In this document: positions 36,746 through 39,269 of the stretch, piece after piece | Position numbering within the stretch: position 1 is the stretch's first letter | Layout: each line of letters opens with the position of its first letter | Assembly (NCBI GenBank): GCA_036557765.1 | Contig: DATBGW010000139.1 | Span: forward strand, 1 to 39,269 | Length of the DNA: 39,269 nucleotides | Source of the DNA: Actinoplanes sp. | GTDB lineage: Bacteria > Actinomycetota > Actinomycetes > Mycobacteriales > Micromonosporaceae | Reading direction: 5' to 3' | Position numbers and translations under genes: made by a program | The notes under the pieces: model-generated | Databases searched by the model: none | Seen by the model: the letters and a program-made list of their open reading frames with translations, nothing else | Told to the model about the DNA's origin: nothing

Positions 36746-38011
36746 GTGACCGCGTTGCGTCAATACCTTGGTGTGTGGACGATGCCCGGTGCCCGGGTCC
36801 TGTTGATCGTCGGCGTGATCGCCCGGCTCGGCATCGGCATGACGCCGCTCGCACTGTTGCTGCTGGTTCAGCAGGCCACCGGCCGGTACGCGGCAGCCGG
36901 TCTCGCCGGCGGCATCTTCGCGCTGGCCGGCGCCGCGCTCAGTCCGGTGGCGGGCCGGCTCGCCGACCGCATCGGCGCGAGCCCGATCCTGCTGGCCACG
37001 GCCGTGCTCCACCCGCTCGGGCTGATCGGCCTGCTGTTCGCCGTCCAAGGCGGCGCGGCGGCACTTCCGCTGATCTTCATCGCCTCCGCGTTCGCCGGCG
37101 GAACGTACCCGCCGCTCACCGCAGCGATCCGGCGGGCCTGGACGGACACCACCGCACCGGGCACCGGCAGCAGTCACCTCCGAGCGGCCGCCATGGCCGC
37201 CGAGACCTCGCTCTTCGAGCTGGTCTTCGTCCTCGGTCCGATGCTGGTGGCGGCGTTCGTCGTGCTGACCGGCGACCCCGCCGCCGCGCTGGTGTTCGCC
37301 GCCGTGGTCACCTTGATCGGTACGGGCTGGATCGCCCGCCTGCCGATCATGCGGCGTGGAGTTCGGCACGACCTCACCGCCGTGGCCCGCGGCCTCGGCC
37401 CGCTCCGGGTCGGCGGCTTTCCGGCGCTGATGGTGTGCGTGGCGGCCCTCGGCACCGCGTTCGGCGCGGCCGGTGTGATCATCCCGGCCTACGCGGCGCA
37501 TCACGGCGGCGGCAACGGGCTCGGCGGCGTGCTGCTGGGCATCTGGGGTGTGGGCAGCGCGATCGGCGGCATCTGGTTCGGCACCCGGCGGCCGGCGATG
37601 TCGCTGCCGCGCCAGTTCGCCTGGCTGCTGTCCGCGGTCGCCGGGAGCTTCCTGGTGCTCGCGTTCATGCCGACCCCGCTGTCGCTGGGTGCCGCGCTCG
37701 TGATCGGTGGTGCCACCATCGCACCCGCGCTGACCGTGGAGAACAACCTGGTCGGCCGGATCGCTCCGGCGGCGATGTTGAACGAGGCATACACCTGGGT
37801 GGTGACCGTCTCGGTCGCCGGCAGCGCGGCCGGCGGAGCGATCGCCGGGACGATCGTCGATCACCCCGGCGGGTTGCCGTGGGCGTTCGCGTTCGCGTCC
37901 GCCGTGCTGGCCGTCGCCGCGCTGGTGGCCGCGATCCCGGCCGGGCCGATGGCCCGTGCCGACCGCCGCGCCGCGGACCGGTTGCGTCAAGCCGAGCTCG
38001 CTGTCGGATAA
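36746..38011 (+). CDS. MFS transporter
   Basis: About 12 TM, motif [10 protein letters not shown]...VLGP, EAYTW; GGAGG RBS upstream. Confidence 0.9.
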   Translation: MTALRQYLGVWTMPGARVLLIVGVIARLGIGMTPLALLLLVQQATGRYAAAGLAGGIFALAGAALSPVAGRLADRIGASPILLATAVLHPLGLIGLLFAVQGGAAALPLIFIASAFAGGTYPPLTAAIRRAWTDTTAPGTGSSHLRAAAMAAETSLFELVFVLGPMLVAAFVVLTGDPAAALVFAAVVTLIGTGWIARLPIMRRGVRHDLTAVARGLGPLRVGGFPALMVCVAALGTAFGAAGVIIPAYAAHHGGGNGLGGVLLGIWGVGSAIGGIWFGTRRPAMSLPRQFAWLLSAVAGSFLVLAFMPTPLSLGAALVIGGATIAPALTVENNLVGRIAPAAMLNEAYTWVVTVSVAGSAAGGAIAGTIVDHPGGLPWAFAFASAVLAVAALVAAIPAGPMARADRRAADRLRQAELAVG

Positions 38012-38095
38012 GCGTCCGTATTCCGGCCGTACCCCGGTCCACTCCTTGCCCATAGGCCCTGTACAGGGACGGGCACGGGACGGGCGGTGGAGGGG

Positions 38096-39269
38096 ATGGG
38101 CCGGTATCGAGCGGTGTGGCTGGTACCGAGCGCCCCGACCCTTCTGGGGGTGGGGGTGCTCGCCCGGCTCGGCATCGGGATGACGCCGATCGCGCTGCTC
38201 CTGCTGGTCGCGGACGCCACCGGCCGGTACGCCGCCGGCGGGCTGGCGGCGGGAACGTACGCGCTGGCCGGGGCGGTTGCCAACCCGCTCGTGGCGCGGC
38301 TCTCCGACCGGATCGGTCCGGCCCGCATCCTGCTCCGTACCGCGCCGGCACACGCCGTGGCGCTGGCCGGCGCGGCGCTGGCCCGCCCACTCGGGCTGGT
38401 CCTGCTGCTGTCCACGGTGGCCGGTGCCACGTACCCGCCACTGACCGGTGCGATCCGCGGCGCCTGGGCGCATCTCACTCCCGAGGGTCACCCGATCCGG
38501 TCGGCCGCGCTGGCCGCGGAGACGTCGCTGTTCGAGATCGTCCATGTGGCCGGGCCGTTGCTGGTGGCCGCGCTGGCCGTGCTGACCGGCGGGCACGCGG
38601 CGGCGCTGGGCGTGGCAGCCGCCGTCACCGCGGCCGGCGCGGCCCGGATCGCGTGGCTGCCGGTCATGCGGACGCGCCGGTCGCCGTCGCGTCCGAGTGC
38701 GCTTCGCGCGCCCGGCTTTCTGACCCTGCTGTCATGCATCGGCCTGCTGGGCGCCGGCTTCGGGATCGTGACGGTCGGCGTTCCCGCCGCCACCGGCGGT
38801 ACGCCCGGTGCCGTTCTGCTCGGCCTGTGGAGCGCCGGCAGCATCGCCGGTGGGGTGTGGTTCGGCACGCGCCGGCCGGCCCGGCTGGCCAGCCGGCGGT
38901 ACGCCGCTCTGCTCGCGGCGATCGGCGCGGGCTTTCTGGCGCTGTCCGTGATGCCGGGACCGGCCGCACTGGCCGTCGCTCTGATCGCCGGGGGAGTGGC
39001 CATGGCTCCGGCTCTGACGTGCGAGAACGATCTGGTGAGCCGGATCGCGCCGGCCGCGGCCCGCAACGAGGCGTACACGTGGGCGATCACGGTCGCGATG
39101 GGGTGCAGTGCCGTGGGCGGTGCGGTCGCCGGCGTCATCGTCGATCAACCGGGCGGAACACGCTGGGCGTTCCTCGGCGCCGCCCTGACGGTGGCGCTGG
39201 CCGCCGGTGTCGCCGCAATGCCCGGCGGACCACTGAACCGCACCACCCCCACCCACCCCGTACACCCCC
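38096..39269 (+). CDS. MFS transporter, tandem paralog of the preceding gene; runs off the window end
   Basis: GGAGG then ATG 38096; [38 protein letters not shown]...ARLSDRIG aligns by eye with 36746-38011; no stop before 39269, so it is absent from the ORF track. Confidence 0.85.
   Translation, partial: MGRYRAVWLVPSAPTLLGVGVLARLGIGMTPIALLLLVADATGRYAAGGLAAGTYALAGAVANPLVARLSDRIGPARILLRTAPAHAVALAGAALARPLGLVLLLSTVAGATYPPLTGAIRGAWAHLTPEGHPIRSAALAAETSLFEIVHVAGPLLVAALAVLTGGHAAALGVAAAVTAAGAARIAWLPVMRTRRSPSRPSALRAPGFLTLLSCIGLLGAGFGIVTVGVPAATGGTPGAVLLGLWSAGSIAGGVWFGTRRPARLASRRYAALLAAIGAGFLALSVMPGPAALAVALIAGGVAMAPALTCENDLVSRIAPAAARNEAYTWAITVAMGCSAVGGAVAGVIVDQPGGTRWAFLGAALTVALAAGVAAMPGGPLNRTTPTHPVHP

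Overview
High-GC actinobacterial chromosome segment, most similar in gene content and style to Micromonosporaceae (Actinoplanes-like; inferred, not searched). The genes are mostly housekeeping: recQ, a csoR-copZ copper locus, a DEAD-box helicase/DUF3107/TetR/hydrolase/DUF3152/moeZ block, proBA, ggt, an MFS plus PLP lyase pair, a reduced complex I cluster (nuoB,C,H,I,J,K,L,M,N) split by a DUF2252 gene and an antisense Uma2 nuclease gene, htpX and two tandem MFS paralogs. The most striking non-coding feature is a dispersed family of seven 68-bp palindromic elements, GATCTTGGAGTTGTGGTTG-N30-CAACCACAACTCCAAGATC. They have near-invariant arms and an exactly 30-nt oriented spacer with a variable core that often forms a small hairpin. 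Every copy sits just downstream of a stop codon, and two copies carry tandem re-iterations of the same outer end. No transposase, integrase, cas, tRNA or rRNA gene is visible. Other signals: a pair of perfect DnaA boxes far from any origin genes, a PafBC-like motif before recQ, a CsoR operator and many apparent leaderless promoters. Many start codons were re-assigned relative to the ORF track; most other track ORFs are GC-rich shadow frames.
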